Below are positions 1 through 10,100 of a DNA stretch of 55,434 nt, piece after piece. Numbering within the stretch: position 1 is the first letter of the stretch; each line of letters opens with the position of its first letter. The translations under genes were made by a program, and so were the position numbers. The notes beneath the pieces are model-generated. The model worked only from the letters and a program-made list of their open reading frames with translations, was not told the DNA's origin and did no database searches. The stretch is from Myxococcota bacterium (lineage in GTDB: Bacteria; Myxococcota; JACRCW01): contig JBFMGU010000035.1 in assembly GCA_040752415.1 (NCBI GenBank), forward strand, positions 1 through 55,434, given 5' to 3'.

Positions 1-204
1 TGCCGCCCAATACGCGCACTGTTCAGCGAGGCGGCACATCTACGCCTCCCCACGCCGTGGGGGAGGTCGGCCGCCACGTCGTGAGCTCAGTGGAATCGGC
101 TGGCGGCCGGGTGGGGGGGCCAACGTGCCGCCAACCCCATCCGCCACCTGCGCCTCAAATACCAGCCGTCGGGCGCCTCGTTGAGATTCGGCGGGCTCCC
201 GGCG

Positions 205-615
205 TCAGCGCGACTTGCGGGCGGCGGCCTTGGCGCGGGGCCCGGGTGACGTCGACGTCGTGGCGGTGTCGGCGCGGTAGGCCTCGGTGATCCAGCGCTT
301 GAGCTCGGCGTCGGGCGACGTGGTGAGCTTGGTGTGATGCGACCAGCGCTTGCCCACCGGTCCGCTGCGCAGGCGCGGCGAGGCCACGTGGCGCGGGTGG
401 AGGAAGCCCAGCCAGATGCCTTCCGCGGTGGCCTCGTGGACCCAGAGGAACCGCGTCTTGGCGAGGAAGGCGACCCGGCTCTTCGTCGAGGTGACCAGCG
501 TGGGACCGAGCGTGTCGACGAACGCCGCGAGCTCCTCGAACAGCGACTGGGCGAGGGGGCGGTCGGCGAAGAAGCGGTGGGCGGCGTCCTTGTCGGCGGG
601 GCTCTGGAACTTCAT
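205..615 (-). CDS. DUF5655-like domain protein
   Basis: ORF 205..747, probable start MKFQS at 615. The pattern ...TKSRVAF...RWSHHTKL...DAELKRWITEAY resembles DUF5655. Confidence 0.6.
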   Translation of the reverse strand: MKFQSPADKDAAHRFFADRPLAQSLFEELAAFVDTLGPTLVTSTKSRVAFLAKTRFLWVHEATAEGIWLGFLHPRHVASPRLRSGPVGKRWSHHTKLTTSPDAELKRWITEAYRADTATTSTSPGPRAKAAARKSR

Positions 616-835
616 GGCGCGCAGCGTGATGCGCACGGCGACAACATTCAAGAGCGGGAGGTGGCCTTCCCTGGGCTGCGCCGCGTGGAGCTCCGTCGGG
701 GCGGTGAGGTGTTGGAGGCACAGCTCCATTGCCGCTGGAGCAGTCACACGCCGTTACCCGGCCGGGGCGCTCTCGCGGTTGCGGCGGTCGAGGCCGCGTC
801 TGGAAAGGCACCACGCCGGAGTGGAGGGTCGTGCG

Positions 836-1354
836 CTACGCGCCGTGGATGGGCGGAAGATCCAGCACCGCGGCGCTTCGCAGGTGGGCCACGATGACGT
901 CGAGGGACTCGGCTTCCATGTCGTAGAAGAGGCTGTCCAGCACGTCCCACGTGTCCCGCGGATCCTGGGCGCCGCGCATCCGCGCTCGTCGCTGCTCCGT
1001 GTCCGCGGGGATGTCCGCGTCGGGAAACGCGTTGATGGCCCGTTGCAGCGTCGTGGCCATCCGCGTGCAGCCCAGCAGCTCCAACGCCGTCACCGTGTCC
1101 CGCGCGCGTGCGCCGCTCTCCTGGAAGAAGAACTGGTCAAAGCCCCCGTTGCCCACCTGGTAGAGCAGCGCGTCGACGAGAACCAGCGCATCCTCCAACG
1201 GAACCCGCGCCGTCTTGCGTGAGACGCGCCGCATCACCGCCAACAGCGCCGCATCCGAGGGCAGCGCCAGCACGTCCACCAACGCCAGCGCATCATGCTC
1301 CGCGCGCAACTTGTCCGCGCAGTCCAGGGTGTCCCGCATGGACAGGTAGCTCAT
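836..1354 (-). CDS. DUF4375/DMP19-family protein
   Basis: C-terminal part of ORF 836..1912, starting MSYLS. Motif YQVGNGGFDQFF followed by ALELLG and LDSLFY is typical of the family. Confidence 0.75.
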   Translation of the reverse strand: MSYLSMRDTLDCADKLRAEHDALALVDVLALPSDAALLAVMRRVSRKTARVPLEDALVLVDALLYQVGNGGFDQFFFQESGARARDTVTALELLGCTRMATTLQRAINAFPDADIPADTEQRRARMRGAQDPRDTWDVLDSLFYDMEAESLDVIVAHLRSAAVLDLPPIHGA

Positions 1355-1386
1355 GAGAGGGATTGAAGCGTTCGCGCCGCGCGACG

Positions 1387-2700
1387 TCAACGCTCCATCG
1401 TCACCGACGTGGACAGGTCCCCGGTGGCCGCGGTGCGCGCCAACGCCAGCGTGGCCAGGGCCAGGGACGTGGCCACCAGCGGGTCGTCCTCGCGCAGGTC
1501 GGTGGCGGCGTTGCGGAAGCTCCCGTCGGGCTGCTGTCGCGCCATGAGCTCGCGCGCAAAGACGTCGGCCCAGCGTTGCGCGCCCTGGGGCGTGGTGAGG
1601 TGCGTGACGCCCAGGAACATCAGCGCGTGCGCCACCGTCCACGACGTGTAGAAGTAGCTTCCCTCCCGCGAGAACTCGCGCTCCGGCGGAAAGTCCCCGT
1701 GTTGCCCCGCGCCGTGCACGTGGCGCAGCAGCCAGGCGCGCGCGGCCTGCACCTTGGGGTCGGTGATGGGAAGACCGAGCTTCAGCATGAGGCGCACCCC
1801 GTCGGCGGTGGCGGAAGCGTAGGAGCGTGGGCGACCAGACGCGTCGCTGGCGGCCTTGTTCTGGATGGGATTGGTGGGCGTGAGGAAGAACCCACCGTCC
1901 TCGTTGCGACACCGCAGCAGGAAGGCTTGCGCGGTCTGCAGTGATCTGTCGTCGGAAGGAACACCGGAGAGGCGCAGCGCGCCCACCGCGAAGAGTGTCG
2001 CGGAGAGGTTGGAGGAGAGCAGCTCATGGTGCGCGGTGGCCATGGGGGGTTTCACCGGGACCTCGTGCCAGTAACCCCAGCCGCCCGCCTCCGGGTCTTC
2101 CGCGCTCCAGCCGTTCTCCGACGACAACTGGTGCGCGCGCAGGAGCGTGATGATCGCGTCGCGTTGGCGCAGGTGTCGCGCGTTGCGCGGGATGTCCAGC
2201 ACCAGCAGGGCGCCGGCCAGGCTGTAGACGGGATAGTCGAGCCGGTGTTGCAGCGTCCCCTCGTCGTCAACCAACGAGGCCACGAAGTCCACGCCCCGGT
2301 CATAGGCGGCGGCGGTGCGCGCATCACGCGGGGCCGCATAGAGCACCGCGGAGAGCACCACCGGCGTCAACGCGCGACCGTCACGGAACGCCGCGTAGGT
2401 GTTGGAGTGCCAGCCCCCGTCGGGGCCCTGCTGCGAGAGGAGCCAGTTGGCGCCCTGGGTGAGCGCTTTCTCGACGGGAGGAAACGTGGCGGCCGTCGGC
2501 GTGCGCGCGGTGGGGCACGCGGTGAGCGCCAGCGCCAGGAGCGCGATCCGGAGACCTTGCGTCCGGCCATCTGCTCCTGCACCGGCTTGGTGTTCCCGTT
2601 GGTGATCGGAGATCTGTCGGTGCACCACGTTCTCCAGCGCTTCGGAGATCCACTGGTATCGCCCGGCGCGCGTCTTGTCCCGCCCAAACCGGAAGCCCAT
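1387..2700 (-). CDS. Prenyltransferase/squalene-oxidase-repeat (alpha/alpha barrel) lipoprotein; start uncertain
   Basis: QW-type repeats (WLLSQQGPDGGW, FLLRCRNEDGGF, LMARQQPDGSF) and lipobox-like IALLALALTAC. No DXDD motif seen. Confidence 0.75.
   Translation of the reverse strand: MGFRFGRDKTRAGRYQWISEALENVVHRQISDHQREHQAGAGADGRTQGLRIALLALALTACPTARTPTAATFPPVEKALTQGANWLLSQQGPDGGWHSNTYAAFRDGRALTPVVLSAVLYAAPRDARTAAAYDRGVDFVASLVDDEGTLQHRLDYPVYSLAGALLVLDIPRNARHLRQRDAIITLLRAHQLSSENGWSAEDPEAGGWGYWHEVPVKPPMATAHHELLSSNLSATLFAVGALRLSGVPSDDRSLQTAQAFLLRCRNEDGGFFLTPTNPIQNKAASDASGRPRSYASATADGVRLMLKLGLPITDPKVQAARAWLLRHVHGAGQHGDFPPEREFSREGSYFYTSWTVAHALMFLGVTHLTTPQGAQRWADVFARELMARQQPDGSFRNAATDLREDDPLVATSLALATLALARTAATGDLSTSVTMER
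2515..2605. repeat. Direct repeat 1, copy A (91 bp; partner 5697-5787)
   Basis: Manual alignment gives 10 mismatches in 91 bp. It covers the 3' end of gene 5729..6976 and the signal-peptide region of the 1387 gene. Confidence 0.9.
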
Positions 2701-2807
2701 GGTGCTGACGCGCTGGGGAGGCGGAAGGAGCGTCCCGACGCCGTGGTCATTCGGATCTTGGGGCAGACAAGGGGCGGTACCACTGCGTGGGCATCGCTCA
2801 ACCCCGC

Positions 2808-4400
2808 TCACGCTGCAGGCGTGGTCCTCCGCCCGTGTTGTCGATGCGAACCGACGCCCGGCCGGATCGCCGTCGACGCTGGCATGTCTTTCGTCTGTGT
2901 CGTTCGCATTGCGGGCGCGGCCGGCAGCACAACCCTGAACACCGCGCCCCTCCCGGGGGACTCCACCTCCAGGGACCCGCCCATCTCCTCCACGATGCGC
3001 TTGGAGACGAACAATCCCAGACCGGTTCCCTCGCCTGGAGCCTTGGTGGTGAAGAAGGGCTCGAAGATCCGTTCCTGCAAGGCGGGAGGGATACCGGCGC
3101 CCGTATCACGCACCTCGATACGGACAACGCCGTCCTCCGCGGAGACGGTGACCGCCACTTCGTGATCCTCGCGGCTGCCTATTGGGATGGCATGCGCGGC
3201 GTTCCTGAGCAGGTTGAGCAACACCTGCCCCAGTTTTGCCGGAGAGCCCCTCACCATCGGAACGGGCTCGATGTGCCGAGAGAGGGAAGCGCGCTCGCTG
3301 ACAATGTGGGCGGCCATCTTGAGCGCGCTGGTCACCACCGCGACCACGTCCACGTCCTCCACCGTGGTGTCGGTCCGGCTGAAAGTGCGCAGGTCGCGGA
3401 CAATGGCCTCCGCCCGCTCCGCGCCCTCACGCGCGTCCGTGAGAGCCTGCAGGATTTCGCTGTGCCTACCGTTGGCGGGCGCAAGCAAGCCGAGCGCTTC
3501 CATGACAAAGACGATGTTGGCGTGGATGTAGGTGAGCGGATTGTTGAGCTCATGCGCCACAGACGCCGCAGTCATCCCCAGCCCATCCACCCTGTCGGCG
3601 AGCACCGCCTGACTCATCAGCTGTTTTCGTTCGGTGATGTCACGGACGATGGCGGCCACGGTGGTCCGGTTGCCGTCGTCGGATACCATCCGCACCGCAT
3701 CCGCAACGAACCACCGTTGACCACCAATCACCGCGAGCTGGTACTCCAGAGACACCGGGCCGCCCGTCTCCAGCGCCTTCCGAAGCAGCTGCATGAGCTC
3801 TTCACCCTGAGCCCCCGGGATGACCTCGGTGACGGTCCTTCCCAGCAGCTCCGTTGGTGGCTTGGCCAGGACGTTGTCGTTGTCCGTCCAGACGCTCAGG
3901 TAGCGGCCATTCTCGTCGAACTCGAAGACCGCGCCTTGGGCGCAGCCCAGGACGGCCTTCAGCCTGGACTTGCTTGCGCTCAGCCTCGCCAGGTTTGCCT
4001 GTGCGCGGTGAATCCCCAGCACCAGCAACAACCCCAACATGACGCCCGGCAACTCTCCCCACAGCCCGTGCATTGGGGGACGGGTCATCAGCGACAAGAT
4101 GAGCACGTCGAGGAGAGCCGCCGCGGCAATGGCAGCGAGGCCCGCGCGCAGGCCAAAGAGCAGCGCCGCGCCCGCGACAGGCAGACCGGCGAACGCGCAC
4201 ACACTTGGGCCCGCGAGGTCGTAACCCAGCCACACCACCGAAACCTGGGTGACAAAGGCCAGGAGCACCGCCACCGCGCGGTACGCGCGCGGCCAACCCT
4301 TCTGTACGCGGGCGGCCGCTGCCCGGGATGGCATGACGTGCAGATGCTGACGGCGCCCGGTCTCGGGCGGAACCATTGTCATGAATGAGGGCCCCCACAC
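2808..4400 (-). CDS. Membrane PAS-domain sensor histidine kinase (start uncertain, 4334-4400)
   Basis: N-terminal TM helices, PAS domain, H-box VAHELNNPL, N-box QVLLNLLRNA, G1 DTGAGI, F-box IFEPFFTTK, G2 GTGLGL. Confidence 0.92.
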   Translation of the reverse strand: MWGPSFMTMVPPETGRRQHLHVMPSRAAAARVQKGWPRAYRAVAVLLAFVTQVSVVWLGYDLAGPSVCAFAGLPVAGAALLFGLRAGLAAIAAAALLDVLILSLMTRPPMHGLWGELPGVMLGLLLVLGIHRAQANLARLSASKSRLKAVLGCAQGAVFEFDENGRYLSVWTDNDNVLAKPPTELLGRTVTEVIPGAQGEELMQLLRKALETGGPVSLEYQLAVIGGQRWFVADAVRMVSDDGNRTTVAAIVRDITERKQLMSQAVLADRVDGLGMTAASVAHELNNPLTYIHANIVFVMEALGLLAPANGRHSEILQALTDAREGAERAEAIVRDLRTFSRTDTTVEDVDVVAVVTSALKMAAHIVSERASLSRHIEPVPMVRGSPAKLGQVLLNLLRNAAHAIPIGSREDHEVAVTVSAEDGVVRIEVRDTGAGIPPALQERIFEPFFTTKAPGEGTGLGLFVSKRIVEEMGGSLEVESPGRGAVFRVVLPAAPAMRTTQTKDMPASTAIRPGVGSHRQHGRRTTPAA

Positions 4401-4889
4401 AGTTCGCCCATGGCGAAAGGCGGCTCAGCGGCGCGGGCTTGAACGACGTCCTCCCACTGAAGCCAAAGGCGCGTGCTGCAGCGTGCATGCCAGGTATCCC
4501 GGCTGGTGTGATGAGGCCGATTGCCACGCGACGCGGAATGCCGCTTCTCGAAGCGCGAGATGGGAGGACCGTGGAAGGCGTGCCGCGTTTGGCCACAGAC
4601 CAACGTGTTTCCGCGTCCACACCAAGGCGACCCCGCAGTCGGGAGGGCCCACGCCGGCATGAACGTTCGGCTGTTAGTCAAGGTTCGCTGACAATTGGCA
4701 ACACCACGAAACAGCTCCTTGCACTGGGGAACTCCAGGGCGCCGGGCACTGTTCCCTCCGCGCACCAGCCACTTCCCGACGACGCCCGGATGGGACCATC
4801 ACCCTCAGCCCACCCATGGACGTCACGCTTCTTCTCGGTGCGCGACTTCACCGCGGGAGGCGCGCCCTCCCCGGAGACGTCCTGCCAGG

Positions 4890-5558
4890 TCACGCCATTT
4901 CCAGGACGGCGGAGACGAGCTTGTCGATGCCCACCGACACCTTGGCAATGGTGGGCCCGAGCATGTAGGCCGGCGTGGTGACGATCTTCAGCTTGTCGTC
5001 GACGACAATGTCCTCCACGGTCCGGTCCGCGTGCCGCGCACCCAGTGCCTCGACGGCCTGGGCGGTCTCCCGGTCATTGCCGATGGTGAGCGTGGGATGC
5101 AGGTCGCCGAGGACCTTGGCCGCAATGACGGGTGCAATGCAGATGAACCCCATGGGCTTGTTCGCGGCCCGCATCTCCTTGATGAGCCGCTCGACGTCCG
5201 CATCCACCTTCAGCTTGGCGCCGTCCACGGCAAAGGTGCAGAGGTTCTTCGCGGCGCCGTAGCCACCGGGGAAGATGAGCGCATCCAGGTCTGCGGCCTT
5301 GACGCGCGCGATATCGACAATTTCCCCCCGGGCAATCCTCGCACTCTCGCGCAGGACGTTGCGACGCTCCCCGTCCGCCGGCTTGCGGTGAGCATGGTCG
5401 ACGACGTGCATCTGGTCGTGATCCGGTGCCATCACAACGATCCTGCTGCCCCGGCGATCCAGCGCAAGGAGGGTCAGCGTCGCCTCGTGGATTTCGGCAC
5501 CGTCGAGGAATCCGCACCCGGACAGCACCACGCCCACCCGTTTCTGGTCCGCACCCAT
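4890..5558 (-). CDS. elbB: ElbB/ES1-family glyoxalase (DJ-1/PfpI superfamily)
   Basis: VVLSGCGFLDGAEIHE, ESARIARG, PGGYGAAKNL, GFICIAP and VTTPAYM motifs. Confidence 0.93.
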   Translation of the reverse strand: MGADQKRVGVVLSGCGFLDGAEIHEATLTLLALDRRGSRIVVMAPDHDQMHVVDHAHRKPADGERRNVLRESARIARGEIVDIARVKAADLDALIFPGGYGAAKNLCTFAVDGAKLKVDADVERLIKEMRAANKPMGFICIAPVIAAKVLGDLHPTLTIGNDRETAQAVEALGARHADRTVEDIVVDDKLKIVTTPAYMLGPTIAKVSVGIDKLVSAVLEMA

Positions 5559-5696
5559 GGTCTCCTCCAGTGTGAGGGTTGATGGCTTGCCGGATATCAC
5601 GCGGCAGCAAGCGCAAGCGACCGGTGGCGATGGTCACGGAGGCGCGCGGCTCGCGTGGCAGCACGACCCCGACCAGCTGCGCGCTGGCCGGGCCGT

Positions 5697-5787
5697 GCAC
5701 GCGGTGGGCGCCAGCGCGTCGAGCGCGATCAGGAGGCCCTGCGTCCGGTCATCAGCTCCTGCACCGGCTTGGTGTTCTCGTTGGTGA
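5697..5787. repeat. Direct repeat 1, copy B
   Basis: Matches 2515-2605 at 81/91 and contains the stop codon of the 5729..6976 gene. Confidence 0.9.
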
Positions 5788-6976
5788 GCAGCACCAGCAG
5801 CGCGGCGGAGGTCACGAAGGTCCGACCCGTGATGCAGTGGTGACCGGTCCAGCTCCCGTCGCCATTCTGGACGTGGGCGAGGTTGGTTTCCATCTTCTTC
5901 TGCCACTGCTTCCACTCCGCGCCACCCTTCCGCGACAACGTCTCGCTCACCAGCATGTACGAGAGGAACTCCTCGCCACCGTTGTTCCCGAACCCGGCCA
6001 CGAAGCGGTCATCCTGCAGCTGCGCGGCCATCTGACGACGAGCTTCGTCCCCGGACTTCTTGGCGTCGTCGTAACGCCGCAGCGTGGCCTGCGCTTCCTC
6101 GCGTTCACGTGCGGTGGGCGCCGTCTTCGCGCGGTCCTCGAGTGGCTTGCGCTTGGCCTCGTTGGCCTGGTCGCTGGAATCCAGCGCGCCCACCGTGGCT
6201 GCGGCGCTGTACAGGCCCACGCCCGCCGAGCCCTCACCCTTGAAGGACCCGCCCTGGAATTGTCCCTTGGCGTAGTCCTCGGCGCGGCTGCGCAGCTTCT
6301 CGTCGACGTTGGCACCCTTCTCCGACGCCTTGTTCAGCGCCTTGGTTCCCACCGCCTGCGCCAGCGCGGGCGCCCAGCCGCTGCGCTCGAAGCTTCCGTC
6401 GGCATTCTGGTTGCGCTGCATCTTCCGCAGGATCTTCTCCACCGCCACCTTCACCCGCGCCTCGGCGTCGGCCTCCGGCATCTTCCCCTGCACCTCCGTC
6501 AGCAGCGAAAGCGCCATGAACGTGTCAATGGCCTGGCCCAGCTTGGCCTGCACGCGCGTGCCGCGGACCTGGGTCACGAAGATGCTTTCCTCGTCGGAGG
6601 CCTCCACCTCCTTGAGGACGAACTGCAGCGCGTTGTTGATGTTCTGCTGGTACTTCCCGCCGGTGGGGGTGCTGCCGGACCGCAGGAACGCCAGCGTGGC
6701 AATGCAGGTGTCCGCCACGTTGGCCACGTTGGCGAGGTCCGCACCGTGTCCCATCTGCGCCGACTCCTCACCCTGCCCGAACCCGCCGTTCTTCAGCTGG
6801 TGCTCCGCCAACCACGCCAACCCCTTCTCGACCGTGGCCCCGGTGTTCACCGGACCGGGGTCGGGGCTGGTCACCGGTGGGGGCTGGGCCGGGACCCGGG
6901 GCGCGGATCTCCCGACGGCGGTGAGGGTGAAGGCAGAAGCCGCAAGGGCGGTGGTGAGCGTGATCAGTCGGCGCAT
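5729..6976 (-). CDS. Secreted prenyltransferase/squalene-oxidase-repeat (alpha/alpha barrel) protein
   Basis: Signal peptide MRRLITLTTALAASA; repeats WLAEHQLKNGGF, RNQNADGSF, HVQNGDGSW. Confidence 0.8.
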   Translation of the reverse strand: MRRLITLTTALAASAFTLTAVGRSAPRVPAQPPPVTSPDPGPVNTGATVEKGLAWLAEHQLKNGGFGQGEESAQMGHGADLANVANVADTCIATLAFLRSGSTPTGGKYQQNINNALQFVLKEVEASDEESIFVTQVRGTRVQAKLGQAIDTFMALSLLTEVQGKMPEADAEARVKVAVEKILRKMQRNQNADGSFERSGWAPALAQAVGTKALNKASEKGANVDEKLRSRAEDYAKGQFQGGSFKGEGSAGVGLYSAAATVGALDSSDQANEAKRKPLEDRAKTAPTAREREEAQATLRRYDDAKKSGDEARRQMAAQLQDDRFVAGFGNNGGEEFLSYMLVSETLSRKGGAEWKQWQKKMETNLAHVQNGDGSWTGHHCITGRTFVTSAALLVLLTNENTKPVQELMTGRRAS

Positions 6977-7000
6977 GGCGTGGTCTCCGTGACTGATCTG

Positions 7001-7024
7001 AACGTCGCCGCGCGGAAAAAGTTC
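7001..7024 (-). promoter_or_regulatory. Possible ECF-sigma promoter for the 5729..6976 gene
   Basis: The minus strand reads GAAC-N16-CGTT about 25 bp upstream of the ATG. Confidence 0.4.
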
Positions 7025-7144
7025 TCCGCCGCAAGCGTTGGCATGGACGTGTGGGGGCGTGGCCCACAGTGCAGGAATGGCGCGTTTTTGCTGGTCAGAT
7101 GATCCGGGTCCGCCAGAGACTCGTACCCCTGCCAGGAGCTCCTC

Positions 7145-10100
7145 ATGTCGCGCGTTTCCCGTGTGATCCTCGTGATGTGCAGCACATGGCTGGCTGCGTG
7201 TCCCTCGCCCACCACGTCGTCGTCACGCGCCAGCATCTCCGGCCAGGTGGTGCTGGAGGACGTGGACGGCCTCAACGACACCAGCCGCGTGCAGGTGGAC
7301 CTGGGACGGGGCGAGGGCGCGTCCACGCCGGATGCCGACGGGTTCTTCCAGTTCAGCGACCTGGAGCCCGACGTGTACACCATCACTTTCACCTACGTGG
7401 GCGGCCTGACCAACGAGGCCAGTGGCTCCGCGTATCGACGGACGCAGCTGCGCGTGGTGGCGCGCGCCGGCGCGGAGACGAGCACGGGGCCGGTGCGCCT
7501 GGAGCTGGGACGCGGGACGGTGCGCGGTGAGGTGGCGTTTCCCGACGGAGCAGTGCCGCAAGGTGCGCAGGTCTCCCTGGTGGACAAGCTGGGCGTGCGC
7601 CGCGTCGCGACGGTCGACGGCACCGGTTTCCGGCTGGACGAGGTGCCGGTGGGTCACCACGTGCTGGCCATGACCGTGCCGGGTCACGCCACGCCCGTCA
7701 CGCAGGGACATTGCGACCAGCCCATCACGCTCAACATCGACGGGGAGGAGGTGGTGGCCGCTCCGTCGTCATTCGTGCCCGCCACGCCGGGGATCGAGCC
7801 GGGCGCGGGCGAGGTGGCCATCGCGGAGGGACTCACCTGGCACCTCTCCGGCGACACGCTCACCGTACGCGTCACCGCGCCGTTCGCGCGCGAAGGTCGG
7901 GTGTGGGTGGGCGACGCCACGCCGGACTACGAGCCGTTCCATGATTCCGGCTGGGTCCTGCAAGGCCTCCCCGCCGGCGTGACCACCGCGCACGTCCAGC
8001 TCCGCGACCCCTGCGGCTTCGAGACCGCAAGGTACACGCTCACCCTGGTGCGCGATCTCACCGCGCCCCTGATTCTCGCCGTGGAGCTGGGCGACGGCGC
8101 GCCGTACCTCACCACCGCCACGACGAGCCTCTCGGTGCAGGCCGCCGATGATCGCAGCGGGCCGCTGCAGATGCGTCACACGTTGTGCACCGTGGACAGC
8201 GACGGCATGACGCCGCAGTGCCCGGTGGCGCTCGAGCAGGTGCCCTGGACCGACTACGCGCCGCGCAGCAGCATCACGCTGCCGGGCACGGAAGGCACGC
8301 ACGCGGTGCAGGTGCAGGTGCGAGACCAGGCGGGCAACACTTCGACGACGGAAACGGCGACGGTGCGCCTGGATCTCGCCGGACCCACGCTGAGCACGGT
8401 GAGCTTGACCGGCACGGCGGGCGCGCAGCTCACGCGTGACACGGTGGTCCAGCTGGACGTGGTGGCCGAGGGCGCCACGACGATGCTCTTGTCCAACCGT
8501 GCCGACTTCGGTGGGGCGTTGACGGTACCGTACGCGTCGCCGGTGAGCTGGAGTCTCCCGTCGGAAGACGGGGCGCACACCGTGTTCGTGCGGGTGCAGG
8601 ATGACGCCGGCCACGGTGTCGACGGGCAGGCCGCGATCACGCTGGACCGCACGCCGCCCACGGGCCTCCAGGTGACGCTGGATTCCAACGCGCCGTACAG
8701 CGCCACCGGCGTGGTCGACCTCGAGTTGGCCGCGGTGGATGTGCTCGCCGGCATGGCCCGCGTGGTGATTGCCTCCAGCCCGCTCTTCACGGACGCGGAG
8801 ACGGTGACGTGGTCCACCGGCAGCGGGACGGTGAGCGTGCCGCAACATGTGTTGCCCGCCGGAGAGGGGTTGCAGGTGGTGTACGCGCGCTTCGTCGACA
8901 GGGCAGGCAACGTGGCCGACGCGCAGGCAACCATCGTCGTGGACACGCTGCCGCCCACGGGAACGGTCGCCATCAACAACGGCGCCGAGTGGACGACGTC
9001 CACGGCGGTCACGTTGCGCCTGACGGCGTCCCCCGACGTGGTGGAGATGGCGGTGGCCGACGGGGACACCCTGGACTGCGGCGGTGAGGCCTATGACAAC
9101 GTGCAACCGCAGCTGCCGTGGGACCTTCCCACGGGAGCGGGGCCGCGCGCGGTCTCGGTTTGCGTGCGGGATGCGGCCGGCCACATCGCGCGTCTCGTCG
9201 ACGACATCCTGCTGGACGAGAGCGACCCGACGGTCACGCTGTCGATTGACGACGGAGCGCCTTTTGCGCGCAGCGCCCAGGTCACGCTTACCGTGTCGAC
9301 CACCGAGGCCACGGAGATGATGCTCTCCAATCGCGACGACTTCCTGGGCTCCACCTGGCAGCCGCTCGTCGACGCCGTGGGCTGGGCGCTGCCGGCCACC
9401 GACGCGGAGCACACCGTGTACGTGCGCGTCCGCGACGCCGCGGGAAACACGGCCGGGGACTCCGCGTCCATCACGCTGGACCGCACTCCCCCCGGCGCCG
9501 TCACCGTGCGTGTCGACGAGGGAGGCCTGTACTCCACCACCGGCATCGTGCAGGTCTCGGTGGAGGCGGTGGATGGGCTCTCCGGCCTGGCGCGCGTGGC
9601 GGTGGCCAACGACCCGGGGTTCTTTGACGCCGTCGAGGTGGCGTGGCCCACTGGCGCCCCGTCCGTGGAGGTGAGTGACTTCCCGCTCATCCCCGGGGAG
9701 GGCCAGCGCTCCATCCACGTGCGGGTCGACGACGTGGCGGGCAACAGCGCGCTGCGTACCGTGGGGGTGGTGGTGGACCTGACGCCGCCGGATGTGCAGG
9801 TGAGCATCAACCAGGGCGCCGCGGTCACGCAGGATACGCAGGTCACGTTGAAGGTGGAGACCTCGTCGGACGCGGCGGGGATGGTGATCCTGGACGGCGA
9901 GAACGCGGCGTGCCCGGCCACCGTGGAGGGTGCGGTGGTGACCTCGTTGCCGTGGCCACTCGGCGGTGCGGGAAGACAGGCGGTCACCGTGTGCGTGCGT
10001 GACCAAGCCGGACACGTGGCCTCCGCTTCCGACGACATCACCGTGGACCTCGACGCCCCGCAGCTCCTCTCGGTGGTCCTCGCCGACGGCGCGCCGGATA

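Noticed and set aside
1387..6976. Isoprenoid/hopanoid cluster (elbB plus squalene-cyclase-like genes)
   Set aside because: ElbB is a DJ-1-family glyoxalase lying inside an apparent insertion, and the barrel proteins are exported and lack DXDD.
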